Source of the DNA: Glycera tridactyla
Taxonomy: Eukaryota
NCBI GenBank assembly: GCA_965644265.1
Contig: OZ286463.1
Coordinates: forward strand, 109,492,001-109,556,000
Direction: 5' to 3'
Length of the DNA stretch: 64,000 bases
The notes under the pieces are model-generated. The model had not been told where the DNA came from, did not search any database, and saw nothing but the letters and a program-made list of their open reading frames with translations. Positions 62,968 to 64,000 of the stretch are shown piece by piece. The position numbers and the translations under genes are program-made. Position 1 is the stretch's first letter, and each line of letters starts with the position of its first letter.

Positions 62968-64000
62968 TCCATCCATCCATCCAACCATCCATCCTTCCTT
63001 CCTTCCTTCCTTCCTCCCTTCCTTCCTTTCTCCCTTCCTTCCTCCCTCCCATCCACTCATGCATCTGTAACACCACGAAAATTCTGTGATGTTATTTGAT
63101 ATGTAATATGGAATCATTATGGTCTAGCCCTAGAACAGTGACATCTCGCCCACAACCGAGTGTCTAATATTGTCCTCTTATGGCTATAGGCCTAGTTCTA
63201 GAATTACATGGGAGGAGGAAATTGAATCTAACGAATCGTTCTTTCGGCAGTAAATTTCCTAATGACGGCTCGATATAGCCCATCATGTTCTTTTCAGTGG
63301 TAATCTCAATCATATGACTGAACAGAGAGGTAGATACAACCCCTGCTCTGATTGCAGCTCTGATTTGATTTTGTCAGAAAAGAAGGAGCTAAATTCTCTG
63401 CCTGCGCAATCAACTCCGGTTTGGATGATTTAAATGAAGAGTATTTCAAATTCCAGATTTTCGGAGAGAATAGCAGTATTATAGGGTAACATAAACTACG
63501 TATTTTCAGAAAGTATGACTGGACTGCGCCTAAGATTTTTAAAGTTATAGCAGGCCGAAGATCAAAGGAAGATCTAACAGATCTTCAAAGGCCAACAGGT
63601 GCACTTGTTTTGTGACAGGTGTGTAATGAGAATTGCGGATCTCGAGCACGTGGACAGCCACCGCTGCTCGCATTAAAATGGAAGAGTCCATTATGTAAAT
63701 CGATAGGGGAGTCCTTCACTGTCGCTATTGTAATTTTGTTACCCTCCTCAAAAAAGCGTCACCATCTTGGTGAAGTGGACTCAGCTAAAAAGTGCACAAG
63801 ACGACTTCGCCCGTTTCTAACGTAACTGTTTACCGTAAACAAAACCCGGACACATGATTGGTGGTAGGTGATATCATTGGTATCTTAGGAGAGATCGGTG
63901 TCAGCACCTATATCTGAGCAACTCTCAATGTGAAGTTACTTTCGACACATTCGCTCCGAAGGTCGCTGTCACTGGATCAGAAGTCTTGCAAGATATTTGC

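Overview
Animal genomic DNA, probably from a marine invertebrate (inference), with no recognisable host gene. It is a dense, deeply nested cluster of transposable elements. (1) 426-6651: a small CAGGG-ended DNA transposon (18-bp TIR, 6-bp TSD) holding a 5.5-kb Sola2-like element (830-6363; 28-bp TIR, ATAT TSD). Its ORF joins a broken transposase tail to a vertnin-type OTU cysteine-protease domain, duplicated in frame over 891 bp. (2) ~8200-11000: microsatellites around a CpG-rich set of interleaved inverted repeats. (3) ~12830-56285: one CR1/L2-group LINE (LINE-A) stretched from about 7.7 kb to 43 kb. A 26-kb Gypsy LTR element sits in its endonuclease domain (16929-42874; ATAT TSD, tRNA-Leu PBS, zinc-finger accessory ORFs). 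The Gypsy 3' LTR is split by a full-length minus-strand LINE-B (31619-41932), itself split by a truncated LINE-C with a 13-bp TSD. A 5'-truncated LINE-D (~45530-55033) sits in the LINE-A RT tail. Main discovery candidate: LINE-B and LINE-D, two divergent families, share a three-part layout of ORF1 (coiled coil + L1-type RRM/CTD), then a separate SGNH-hydrolase gene, then a long spacer, then ORF2 (APE + RT). In LINE-B the SGNH gene is bounded by splice sites and appears to contain an intron. In LINE-D it is followed by an array of about 23 hairpin motifs with ETS sites. All alignments were done by eye; no database searches were run, and boundaries marked approximate are estimates.
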